Shown in pieces: positions 1-10,056 of a DNA stretch of 23,646 bases. How positions within the stretch are numbered: the first letter of the stretch is position 1; every line of letters starts with the position of its first letter. Source of the DNA: Octopus sinensis (taxonomy: Eukaryota); NCBI RefSeq assembly GCF_006345805.1, contig NW_021836575.1:1-23646 (forward strand), given 5' to 3'. A program made the position numbers and the translations under genes. Under the pieces are notes generated by a model. That model was given only the letters and a program-made list of their open reading frames with translations. It had not been told where the DNA came from and did no database searches.

Positions 1-37
1 ACACACACAGTGGGCAAGGAATAAAATGTAAGTAATT
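1..37 (+). mobile_element. Internal fragment of Helitron family B (continues off the left edge)
   Basis: ACACACAGTGGGCAA.GAATAAAATG.AAGTAAT matches ~3495-3530 of the Helitron-B copy that starts at 3259. Confidence 0.5.
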
Positions 38-126
38 CACTTACTGTAGTGAGTGATTCTTTCACTCTGCCTCCCACTCCTCTTTCAACACAGACCCGCA
101 ATATATAAATAAAATTGTAAGCTAAC

Positions 127-134
127 GTGCGTGT

Positions 135-228
<94 letters not shown>

Positions 229-243
229 TGTGCGTGAGTGTGC
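127..243. repeat. (GT)n microsatellite
   Basis: Direct inspection; source of the (HT)n pseudo-ORF 122..388. Confidence 0.95.
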
Positions 244-282
244 GACAGGAAAGTATTTTACGACGAATATAAGTAGCAGAAA

Positions 283-763
283 GATAAGACAGTAAGGTGT
301 GATTTGAGGGAGATTTGGCTGCTATTTCTACCATATCTAGCTGCCATGTAGGGGTCTCCCTCATAGGCTCATACATACATATATACATAGATAAGACAGT
401 AAGGTGTGATTTGGGGGAAATTTGGCTGCTATTCTACCAGGTCTAGCTGCCATGTAGGGGTCTCCCTCATAGGCTCATACATACATAATATACTAGATAA
501 GACAGTAAGGTGTGATTTGGGGGAAATTTGGCTGCTATTTCTACCAGGTCTAGCTGCCATGTAAGGGGTCTTCCTCATAGGCTCATACATACATATATAC
601 ATAGATAAGACAGTAAGGTGTGATTTGGGGGAAATTTGGCTGCTATTTCTACCAGGTCTAGCTACCATGTAGAGGTCCCCCTCATTGGCTCATATATATA
701 CATACATAAGAAGACAGTAAGGTGTGATTTGAGGGAGATTTGGCTGCTGTTTCTACCAGGTCT
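283..763. repeat. Tandem repeat, ~107-bp unit x ~4.5
   Basis: Unit start (GAT)AAGACAGTAAGGTGTGATTTG at 283, 390, 496, 604 and ~708; each full unit ends in a (CATA)/(TA) tract. Confidence 0.92.
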
Positions 764-845
764 GTTAGGCCTTCTCATGTAAACTCAAGCTTTCTTATGC
801 CTTGAACATACCAAAGCAGAGAATGTATTCTTTTATCTTCTGCTT

Positions 846-1075
846 TTTCCAGCCATTGGTCTGTGGCCATGCTGGGGCAATGCCTTGAAGAATTGTAGTT
901 TAATGAATCAACTCCAGTTTTATTTTTGTAAGCATTGTACTTATTCTATCTGTTTCCTTTGTCAAACCACTAGGTGACAGGGATGTAAACAAACCAACAT
1001 TCGTTGTCAAGCAGTGGTGGAGGACAATCACAAGCACAGACACGCACACACACACACACATACATTCATACATAC
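846..1075 (-). mobile_element. Old, diverged SINE-A 3' half
   Basis: Degenerate match to the SINE-A tail (GGCCATGCTGG...GTACTTATTCTATC...GTTGTCAAGC) followed by a CA tract. Confidence 0.7.
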
Positions 1076-1110
1076 ATATATATGTGTGTATAATATATTG
1101 CAGGTGCGCG

Positions 1111-1347
1111 TGAAGGTGTTTGTAAGCCATTTAAGAAACACACAAAAACCGTTACATTCACTTCAACATTTAAATTTCATTTGCCAAAATATTTTCGTCG
1201 CTTTGAGACCGCGACCTGTCACTGACAAAAATATCGTGCTAACAGGTCGCGGTCTCAAAGCGACGAAAATATTTGACACTTTAATTTAAATGTTGAAGTG
1301 ATCTAACGGTTTTTGTGTGTTTCTTAAATGGCTTATAAACACCTTCA
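1111..1347. repeat. 237-bp fold-back; probably two inverted termini of a Penelope-like element
   Basis: Perfect 33-bp inner stem 1187-1219/1242-1274 with a 22-nt loop; near-perfect outer arms TGAAGGTGTTT...AAACACCTTCA. The PLE assignment is inferred from the hammerhead-like motif inside. Confidence 0.75.
1180..1229 (-). ncRNA. Degenerate minimal type I hammerhead-like motif (G3:C8 variant, one core nt missing)
   Basis: Minus strand: stem I TTTGTCA/TGGCAAA, core GTGA-CA, extra G, stem II GTCGC-ggtctcaaa-GCGAC, GAAA, palindromic stem III AAATATTT. Confidence 0.35.
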
Positions 1348-1530
1348 ACGCTGCAACTGTTTTCGTTCCAGCACACGATCTCAGATCAAGTCACTTGCTA
1401 TGCAAGTACATCTCTGTAACTATTTATACATTTATATATATATTTATATATATATATATATGTATATTGTTAAAAACAGTAAGATAACAAAAGAAAGAAA
1501 GAGACCTCAATATTATGTAAATAGAGGAAA

Positions 1531-1925
1531 TCTTTATATATAAAAGTGAGGTTGTGTGTCTGTCTCCTACGATTTAGATTCCTAACTACTCCCACATTTT
1601 GCGGTGCAGTTTAACCAAAACCGGGTATCTTATAGTCGTGATTCATATCGAGACCGTCTGGGTATTAGCGCGGGTCTACGATGAATCTACGATTAAAAAA
1701 AAAAATTACCATCAATTTTTCCCATTTTTAATCCATTTTTGACATATATAAGGGAAGTAACTCTCTAAAATTTATTATTAAATCTCAGAACGTAAAAAGC
1801 TACAGTAACACCCCTCCCCCTTTGTGGTTAGCCATATTGAGATGGCTATTATACTTTACATCTCTAAAAATGCTTATATAATTATTTCCCTTACAAACCC
1901 GAGCAACGCCGGGCGATACTGCTAG
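1531..1925 (+). mobile_element. Non-autonomous Helitron family A, copy 1 (395 bp)
   Basis: A|TC 5' end; 3' hairpin CCCGAGCAACGCCGGG (1898-1913), then CTAG|T (1922-1925); near-identical copy at 4419-4809. Confidence 0.85.
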
Positions 1926-1939
1926 TATATATATATATA

Positions 1940-3224
1940 TCTTATATAAGGCAGATTTTATCGCCTCCCTTTGGGAGTTATACAAATCTACAATAGGATT
2001 TCTTCAATTACAATTTACCTAGCAATTTTAAGAGTACAATGCATCGCGTCATGCCAGGTCCAGTTTTTAACATTTAAAACTCCATTAAGCAAAATTTACA
2101 GAAAACTCACATTCTGGTGTGTATGTCAAATGCTCTTCTTAATGTGGTTTACACCACACGCAAACGCACACACACACAAAGGAACGAACTGTTTTCACTG
2201 ACGCTATCACCCTTCTCCTCCTTTGTCTTTGCAAGTTTGCAGGTATTAAAGTGAAAACAGTGAATCCGACAGCGATTAAGAACACGATTAGCACCTGAAT
2301 GGAGTGAAAATTTAAAAACTGTTTTCTTTCGGTGATTTTTCTGAAGAACTGGACCAAGCCACAGACTTTCCCAAAGAGTAAAGCCTTAAACTATTTCTAT
2401 TTACTTTTTCGAATGAGCCTATTTGAAATCATTACGGCAGAAACGAACTGTTTATGCTAAACGTAAACAAAACGAAAGAAACAATAGTTTGGTATTTCCC
2501 ACAACCTTAAATGAAAATTAGGCCTATTTTGCCATAAATATTATTATGGGTATCAGAAAGTTACCCAGAATAACAAATTATATCGTAAAATTTTGTTGTA
2601 TACCCAATTGAATATTAGCTAATAACCCATTTTCTATAGCGATGTTTGAACAAAATTTTAATAATTTTATATATTGTTGAATTTACCTGTATCTACCTGC
2701 AATTAGAGTCACTTTGTGACAAAAATTTAGTATAGAATTGGTTGAGGACATTTCATTAAATTATCTTCCAAAAATCACATTAATATATTGATAATAAAAA
2801 GTTATTGTTGTTTAATGAAACCAGACTAATTTATGATTACGTTTAGAAAATAATTGAAACACATAAGGGTGTATTTTGGTCAGAAATATAGTAACGAAAG
2901 GGTTAAGAAAAACCAAACCGGGTATCTTATAGTCGTGAGTCATATCGAGCCCTTCTGGGTATTAGCGCGCGTCTACGATGAGTCTACGATTTAAAAAAAT
3001 TTACCATCATATTTTTCCATTTTAATGCATTTTTTTCGCTATTATATAAGGGAAGTAACTCTCTAAAAATATCTACGATGTGTCAACGATTTAAAAAGAA
3101 ATTTACCTTAATTTTTTTTTCCATTTTTAATGCATTTTTTTCCTATTTTTTGGCTATAACTCTCTAAAAATGCTTATATAGTTATTTCCTTACAAACCCG
3201 AGCAACGCCGGGCGAAACTGCTAG
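1940..3224 (+). mobile_element. Composite Helitron: family-B 5' end, piggyBac relic, family-A 3' end
   Basis: A|TCTTATATAAGGCAGATTTT start, shared with 3259; 2911-3224 is homologous to the family-A 3' part and has the same hairpin and CTAG|T at 3221-3224. Confidence 0.7.
2290..2906 (+). mobile_element. piggyBac relic: frameshifted transposase N-terminal fragment plus right end
   Basis: Manual translation across frameshifts gives PEWSENLKTV..GDFSEExGPSHRLSQRVKPxNYFYLLFRMSLFEIITAETNxYAKRKQ, resembling the PLxYFxLFF..L.E.I..ETN.YA motif that opens piggyBac transposase domains; ends ...CGAAAGGG|TTAA at 2900-2906. Confidence 0.6.
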
Positions 3225-3258
3225 TATATATATATATGTGTATATGTATATATATATA

Positions 3259-3530
3259 TCTCTTATTATAAAAGGCAGATTTTATCTGCCTCCCTTTGGG
3301 AGTTATACAAATCTACAATATAGGATTTCTTCAATTACAATTTACCTGGCATTTTTAAGAGTACAATGCATCGCGTCATGCCAGGTCCAGTTTTAAAAAT
3401 TTAAACTCCAATTAAGCAAAATTTACAGAAAACTCACATTCTGGTGTGTGTGTCAAATGCTTTTCTTAGTCTGGTTTACACCACACGCAAACGCACACAC
3501 ACAGTGGGCAACGAATAAAATGAAAGTAAT
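3259..3530 (+). mobile_element. Helitron family B 5' part (3' end not identified)
   Basis: A|TCTCTTATTATAAAAGGCAGATTTT; ~235 bp highly similar to 1940-2175; starts in a TA tract just after the previous CTAG. Confidence 0.7.
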
Positions 3531-4418
3531 AGCGACGGTAATTTAAGAAAGACTAAACTGAAAGTGTTTAAACCACTACTCCAAAAAATAAAAAAACACA
3601 GCAAACAGAAACAAATAAATACATAACCATTTAATCCTCACACAACTTCTTCAATTAGAATTTACCTAAGATTTTTCAAAGTACTCCATTCGCTCATGCC
3701 ATAATATATTTCTTTCAATTTCACCCCCAATTAAGACAAAATTCGAGAAAACTCAATATTTTAACATATCACTCCGAAAGCATTGATGTACATGTGTGCG
3801 TGCGTGAGTGTGTGTGTGTCATTCCTCACACACACGCATACACATACATATACAACTACATACAACTACATACACATACAACTACATACAAACACGTGTG
3901 TGTTTGTTATTAGTATAAACTCGCAAAAACACAACTCACTTATCATTCCAACACATTTGCAAAGACACACGGAGGACAGAAAAGGTAAATTGGTTTTTAT
4001 TTTACTCTGTATATATTTTATTATATAATATTATATATAGATATATGTATATATAATTGCAGTATGAAACAGTGTTTATGTATAAACAGACGACACTTAT
4101 ATATAGTTACCAAGCCGCCCGAATTTACCTATTCATATTTAAATCAGAGCAAATCTCTTTAGTACATTCGTGAAAACACGTATTATACTTCGTAAACACT
4201 TCAACTACAGTTTTGTACAAAAATCGAAGTGTAATTTTAATTCCGTGAATTATGGGAGATTTTTTTCCGAAATTTGTTCCTATTGTGTTTTCAAAATTTT
4301 TAATTCTGACAAAAAATGGATACGAATTTCATTATATCAAGCAGCGAGTCAGAATTCGAAGGATTTTCTACTGAAGACCTTCATAAATCTAACTCTATGA
4401 CTGAAAAAAAAAAAAGCA

Positions 4419-4809
4419 TCTTTATATAAGAGTGAAGTTGTGTGTCTGTCTCCTACGATTTAGATTCCTAACTACTCCCACATTTTGCGGTGCAGTTTTA
4501 CCAAAACCGGGTATCTTATAGTCGTGATTCATATCGAGACCGTCTGGGTATTAGCGCGCGTCTACGATGAGTCTACGATTTAAAAAAAAATTTACCATCA
4601 ATTTTTCCCATTTTTAATCCATTTTTGACATATATAAGGGAGTAACTCTCTAAAATTTATTATTAAATCTCAGAACGTAAAAAGCTACAGTAACACCCCT
4701 CCCCCTTGTGGTTAGCCATATTGAGATGGCTATTATACTTTACATCTCTAAAAATGCTTATATAATTATTTCCCTTACAAACCCGAGCAACGCCGGGCGA
4801 TACTGCTAG
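4419..4809 (+). mobile_element. Non-autonomous Helitron family A, copy 2 (391 bp)
   Basis: A|TC start, hairpin, CTAG|T at 4806-4809; near-identical to 1531-1925. Confidence 0.85.
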
Positions 4810-4889
4810 TGTATATATATATATATAATATTATTATATATATATATATATAATATATATATAATGTACACACACATGTGTGTGTGTGT

Positions 4890-5085
4890 GTGTCTTTCTG
4901 TCTGTGATTGGATTCCCCCAGCGCTTGACCATAGTCCCTGGTGTATTTGCATCTCCTTAGCTTAGCGGTTCGGCAAAAGGAGAACCTGGCTTTAAAAAAA
5001 GAAGTCTTCGGTTCAATTGCCTCGTCTGAAAGTTCTTTAATGTGGTGCCCCAGAATGGCCACAGTCTAATGATTCTGCCAGCTCA
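4890..5085 (+). mobile_element. Old, diverged SINE-A 3' half
   Basis: CTTAGCGGTTCGGCAAAAG and GGTGCCCCAGAATGGCCACAGTC match the SINE-A tail. Confidence 0.6.
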
Positions 5086-5093
5086 CCAAAAGA

Positions 5094-5166
5094 AAGAGAG
5101 AGAGAGTGGGGGAGAGGGAGAGGGAGAGAGTGAAAGAAAGCGAGAGAGGGAGAGAGAGAGAGAGAA
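5094..5166. repeat. (GA)n/purine-rich microsatellite
   Basis: Direct inspection. Confidence 0.85.
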
Positions 5167-5183
5167 AGGTGAATGGTTGTATT

Positions 5184-5400
5184 CTCTCTTACTCTTTTGT
5201 TTCACTCATGTGACTGTGGCCATGCTGGAGCACCACCTTTAGTCGAGCAAATCGACCACAGGACTTATTCTTTGTAAGCCTAGTACTTATTCTATCAGTC
5301 TCTTTTGCCGAACCGCTTAGTTACGGGAACGTAAATACACCAGCATCGGTTGTCAAGTGATGTTGGGGAGACAAACACAGACACACAAACATACATACAT

Positions 5401-5469
<69 letters not shown>

Positions 5470-7900
5470 AATAAAATAGAATATATGCATATATATAAAC
5501 ATATATGTACGTACCTACCTCTACATGTACATATACACGCATATATTTGTACAGGACACCAAAAAGACGTCGAACACATAGAGAGACGAAACACATAGAC
5601 ACAAACCAAGGAACAAGACGAGCAAAAAAAGGGGAGAGATACAGGACAATAAGCACAACGAAAAATCCCCTTCTTCAGTCGCTAAGATTTCATCTACTAA
5701 ACGTTTCGAAGGATAAAAGCGAGACGTATACTTCGAAGAAAAATTCCTTCCCGCGAAAAGCAAATCAATTAAAATTCTGAGATCTTTTCGCAGAGGGGTA
5801 AAAAAAAGCAAGACGGTAACGACAGTACAAACATATAAACAGTAAAAAATATATATATAAACAGTGGAAAAATAAATATATAACAGTGAGAGACAAGACA
5901 AGGAGAACAAGATAAGAAGGGCTGTTAACGCCAGACGAAAAAGTATTGTAAACGCTGGATTATCGTGGAAGACAGAGAGGGAAAATTGTCAACCAGAAGC
6001 CTTGCAAGGCGGGCGAGAAAGGACAGGAGCAGTTACGACGGAAGTATCGTCGCAGATGGATGACGGGAATGGGGGAGGAGGAGCAAGAGGAAGAGAGAGA
6101 AGAGGGGAATAGTGCGAGGAGACCATGAAGAATGGTGAAAGGAGAGAGAGAATGAAGAATGAGAGAGAGAGAAGAGACAAGTTAAGTGAGGGAAAAAAAA
6201 AACGAAAAAGGGAATGGGAGAGAAAGAAAGATGCAGAGTCGCGTGAGAGTTAATATCAAGGCTAACTTGATAAACAGAACAATCTTACTTAGTAGGGTGC
6301 GTGCGTTTAATCGTATAATATGTTAATAAAATAGAATATATGCATATATATAAACATATATGTACGTACCTACCTCTACATGTACATATACACGCATATA
6401 TGTGTACAGGACACCAAAAAGACGTCGAACACATAGAGAGACGAAACACATAGACACAAACCAAGGAACAAGACGAGCAAAAAAAAGGGGAGAGATACAG
6501 GACAATAAGCACAACGAAAAATCCCCTTCTTCAGTCGCTAAGATTTCATCTACTAAACGTTTCGAAGGATAAAAGCGAGACGTATACTTCGAAGAAAAAT
6601 TCCTTCCCGCGAAAAGCAAATCAATTAAAATTCTGAGATCTTTTCGCAGAGGGGTAAAAAAAAGGCAAGACGGTAACGACAGTACAACATATAAAACAGT
6701 AAAAAATATATTATAAACAGTGGAAAAATATATATAACAGTGAGAGACAAGACAAGGGAACAAGATAAGAAGGGCTGTTAACGCCAGACGAAAAAAGTAT
6801 TGTAAACGCTGGATTATCGTGGAAGACAGAGAGGGAAAATTTGTCAACCAGAAGCCTTGCAAGGCGGGCGAGAAAGGACAGGAGCAGTTACGACGGAAGT
6901 ATCGTCGCAGATGGATGAGGGAATGGGGGAGGAGGAGCAAGAGGAAGAGAAGAAGAAGGGGAATAGTGCGAGGAGACCATGAAGAATGGTGAAAGGAGAG
7001 AGAGAAGAAGAGAGAGAGAGAGGAAGAGACAAGTTAAGTGAGGGAAAAAAAAAGACGAAAAGGGAATGGGAGAGAAAGAAAGAAAGATGCAGAGTCGCGT
7101 GAGAGTTAATATCAAGCTAACTTGATAAACAGAACAATCTTACTTAGTAGGGTGCGTGCGTTTAATCGTATAATATGTTAATAAAATAGAATATATGCAT
7201 ATATATAAACATATATGTACGTACCTACCTCTACATGTACATATACACGCATATATGTGTACAGACACCAAAAAGACGTCGAACACATAGAGAGACGAAA
7301 CACATAGACACAAACCAAGGAACAAGACGAGCAAAAAAAAGGGAGAGATACAGGACAATAAGCACAACGAAAAATCCCCTTCTTCAGTCGCTAAGATTTC
7401 ATCTACTAAACGTTTCGAAGGATAAAAGCGAGACGTATACTTCGAAGAAAAATTCCTTCCCGCGAAAAGCAAATCAATTAAAATTCTGAGATCTTTTCGC
7501 AGAGGGGTAAAAAAAAGGCAAGACGGTAACGACAGTACAAACATATAAACAGTAAAAAATATATATATAAACAGTGGAAAAATAAATATATAACAGTGAG
7601 AGACAAGACAAGGAGAACAAGATAAGAAGGGCTGTTAACGCCAGACGAAAAAAGTATTGTAAACGCTGGATTATCGTGGAAGACAGAGAGGGAAAATTTG
7701 TCAACCAGATATATATATATATATATACACATATATACGACGGGCTACTTTCAGTTTCCGTCTACCAAATCCAGTCACAAGGCTTTGGTGGGCCCGAGAC
7801 TATAATAGAAGACACTTGCCCAAGGTGCCAGCGAGTGGGACTGAACCCGGAACCATGTGGTTGGTAAGCAAGCTACTTACCACACAGCAACTCCTGCACC
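5184..7900 (-). mobile_element. One SINE-A copy split by the 855-bp tandem array (tail 5184-~5400, head ~7735-7900)
   Basis: Tail and head are in the same orientation and flank the array through the SINE's own internal (TA)n tract. Confidence 0.75.
5466..7709. repeat. 855-bp tandem array x 2.6; probably Penelope-like terminal (pseudo-LTR) repeats
   Basis: Unit starts TGTTAATAAAATAGAAT at 5466, 6321, 7176; third unit truncated at 7709; copies differ largely by homopolymer lengths. PLE identity is inferred from the head-to-tail layout with a partial copy; no RT is present. Confidence 0.8.
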
Positions 7901-8019
7901 TGTATTGTTCACAAATATTCACAAAATAGTAATACAACCATTCACCTGAAAAAGTTTGCTTAAAAGTTGTAGAAGTTGTTTTGATCATTATTTGCGTCAG
8001 TTGCCAAATAAGATTCCAC

Positions 8020-8265
8020 AGGTCAGGGTCACCTATTTTGCATTAATGTTTTACGTTGTGGATGATATAAAAAAGAAGGCAAGCGTTTTAAAACCATGAC
8101 AGACGAGTTTTTTTTCTTGTATAAAGATACGTTGTTTAACAACAATAAACAGAAAAGCTGGGTCACCGAGAAAAGAAGTACAACAGTAAAAAAAAACAAC
8201 AAAGAATAGTTACTTTTTACCGATTGCATCTGGAAAGCAAATAATCGAACATAGATATATATATA
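8020..8265 (+). repeat. Local duplication, copy 1 (copy 2 = ~9166-9273 + 9879-~10010)
   Basis: AGGGTCACCTATTTTGCATTAATG... at 8025 and 9171; copy 2 is interrupted by a SINE-A. Confidence 0.85.
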
Positions 8266-9160
8266 AGCGGAGGAGTTGCTGTGTGGTAAGTAGCTTGCTT
8301 ACCAACCACATGGTTCCGGGTTCAGTCCCACTGCGTGGCACCTTGGGCAAGTGTCTTCTACTATAGCCTCGGGCCGACCAAAGCCTTGTGAGTGGATTTG
8401 GTAGACGGAAACTGAGAGAAACCCGTCGTATATATGTATATATATATAGGCGCAGGAGTTGCTGTGTGGTATGTAGCTTGCTTACCAACCAGATGGTTCC
8501 GGGTTCAGTCCCACTGCGTGGCACCTTGGGCAAGTGTCTTCTACTATAGACTCGGGCCGACCAAAGCCTTGTGAGTGGATTTGGTAGACGGAAACTGAGA
8601 GAAACCCGTCGTATATATATGTATACATATATATATGTGTGTGTGTGGGTGTCTGTGTTTGTCCCCCCCAACATCGCTTGACAACCGATGCTGGTGTGTT
8701 TACGTCCCCGTAACTTAGCGGTTCCCGTAACTTAGCGGTTCGGCAAAAGAGACCGATAGAAAATGTACTAGGCTTACGAAGAATAAGTCCTGGTGTCGAT
8801 TTGCTCGACTAAAAAGGTGGTGCTCCAGCATGGCCACAGTCAAATGACTGAAACGAGTAAAAGAGTAAACTTAGCGGTTCGGCAAAAGAGACCGATAGAA
8901 TAAGTACTAGGCTTACAAAGAATAAGTCTTGGGGGGATCGATTTGCTTGACTAAAAAGGTGGTGCTCCAGCATGGCCACAGTCAAATGACTGAAACGAGT
9001 AAAAGAGTAAACTTAGCGGTTCGGCAAAAGAGACTGATAGAATAAGTACTAGGCTTACGAAGAATAAGTCCTGGGGGGGATCGATTTGGTTGACTAAAAA
9101 GGTGGTGCTCCAGCATGGCCACAGTCAAATGACTGAAACGAGTAAAAGAGTAAAGAGTAA
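8266..9160 (+). mobile_element. SINE-A (tRNA head, CORE-like middle, GAGTAAAA-type tail) with duplicated head and triplicated tail
   Basis: Heads at 8266 and 8448, each with B-box-like GGTTCAGTCCC and CORE-like CACCTTGGGCAAGTGTCTT; tail units at 8729, 8868, 9010. Confidence 0.9.
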
Positions 9161-9273
9161 GAGAGAGGTGAGGGTCACCTATTTTGCATTAATGTTTTAC
9201 GTTGTGGATGATATAAAGAAGAAGGCAAGCGTTTTAAAACCATGAGAGACGAGCTTTTTTTTTTCTTGTATAA

Positions 9274-9493
9274 CTCTTTTACCCTTTTACTCTTTTACTT
9301 GTTTCAGTCATTTTGACTGCGGCCATGCTGGAGCACCGCCTTTAATCGAGCAATTCGACCCCGGGACTTATTCTTTTGTAAGTCCAGTACTTATTCTATC
9401 GGTCTCTTTTGCCGAACTGCTAAGTGACGGGGACATAAACACACCAGCATCGGTTGTCAAGCAATGCTAGGGGGGACAAACGTAGACACACAA

Positions 9494-9528
<35 letters not shown>

Positions 9529-9878
9529 CATATATACGACGGGCTTCTTTCAGTTTCCGTCTACCAAATCCACTCACAAGGCATTGGTCGGCCCGAGGCT
9601 ATAGAAGACACTTGCCCAAGGTGTCATGCAGTGGGACTGAACCTGGAACCATGTGGTTGGTTAGCAAGCTACTTACCACACAGCCACTCCTGCGCCTATA
9701 TATATATATATATATATACGACGGGCTTCTTTCTGTTTCCGTCTACCAAATCCTCTCACAAGGCATTGGTCGGCCCGAGGCTATAGAAGACACTTGCCCA
9801 AGGTGTCATGCAGTGGGACTGAACCTGGAACCATGTGGTTGGTAAACAAGCTACTTACCACACAGCCACTCCTGCGCC
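9274..9878 (-). mobile_element. SINE-A with duplicated head
   Basis: Tail from 9274; heads 9536-9696 and 9718-9878 share private variants. Confidence 0.9.
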
Positions 9879-9992
9879 TTGTTTAACAACAATAAAAAGA
9901 AAAGCTGGGTGACAGAGAAAAAGTACAACAGTAAAAAAAAACAACAAAAAATAGTTACTTTTTACAGATTGCATCCGGAAAGGAAATAATTG

Positions 9993-10028
<36 letters not shown>

Positions 10029-10056
10029 AGATAAATAAAAATATATATATATATAT

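Noticed and set aside
283-763. CRISPR-like array
   Set aside because: Whole units repeat with no unique spacers; eukaryotic context; no cas genes
122-1289. ORFs with HT/CV/YI runs (also 5295-5656, 8210-8674, 9454-9845, 11387-11641, 18336-18614)
   Set aside because: Translations of microsatellites and SINEs; the same peptides recur wherever the SINE recurs
4316-4404. Short acidic ORF MDTNFIISSSESEFEGFSTEDL, reminiscent of transposase N-termini
   Set aside because: Too short, runs into an A tract, no TIR found
5660-5715. Hammerhead in the 855-bp unit (minus strand GAAACGTTT...CTGAAGA)
   Set aside because: Core halves are in permuted order and no stem I or stem II closes them correctly; worth a family-level check only
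6323-6940. 205-aa minus-strand ORF, the longest in the track
   Set aside because: Lies in the 855-bp repeat; the frame is not preserved in the other units; no recognisable motif
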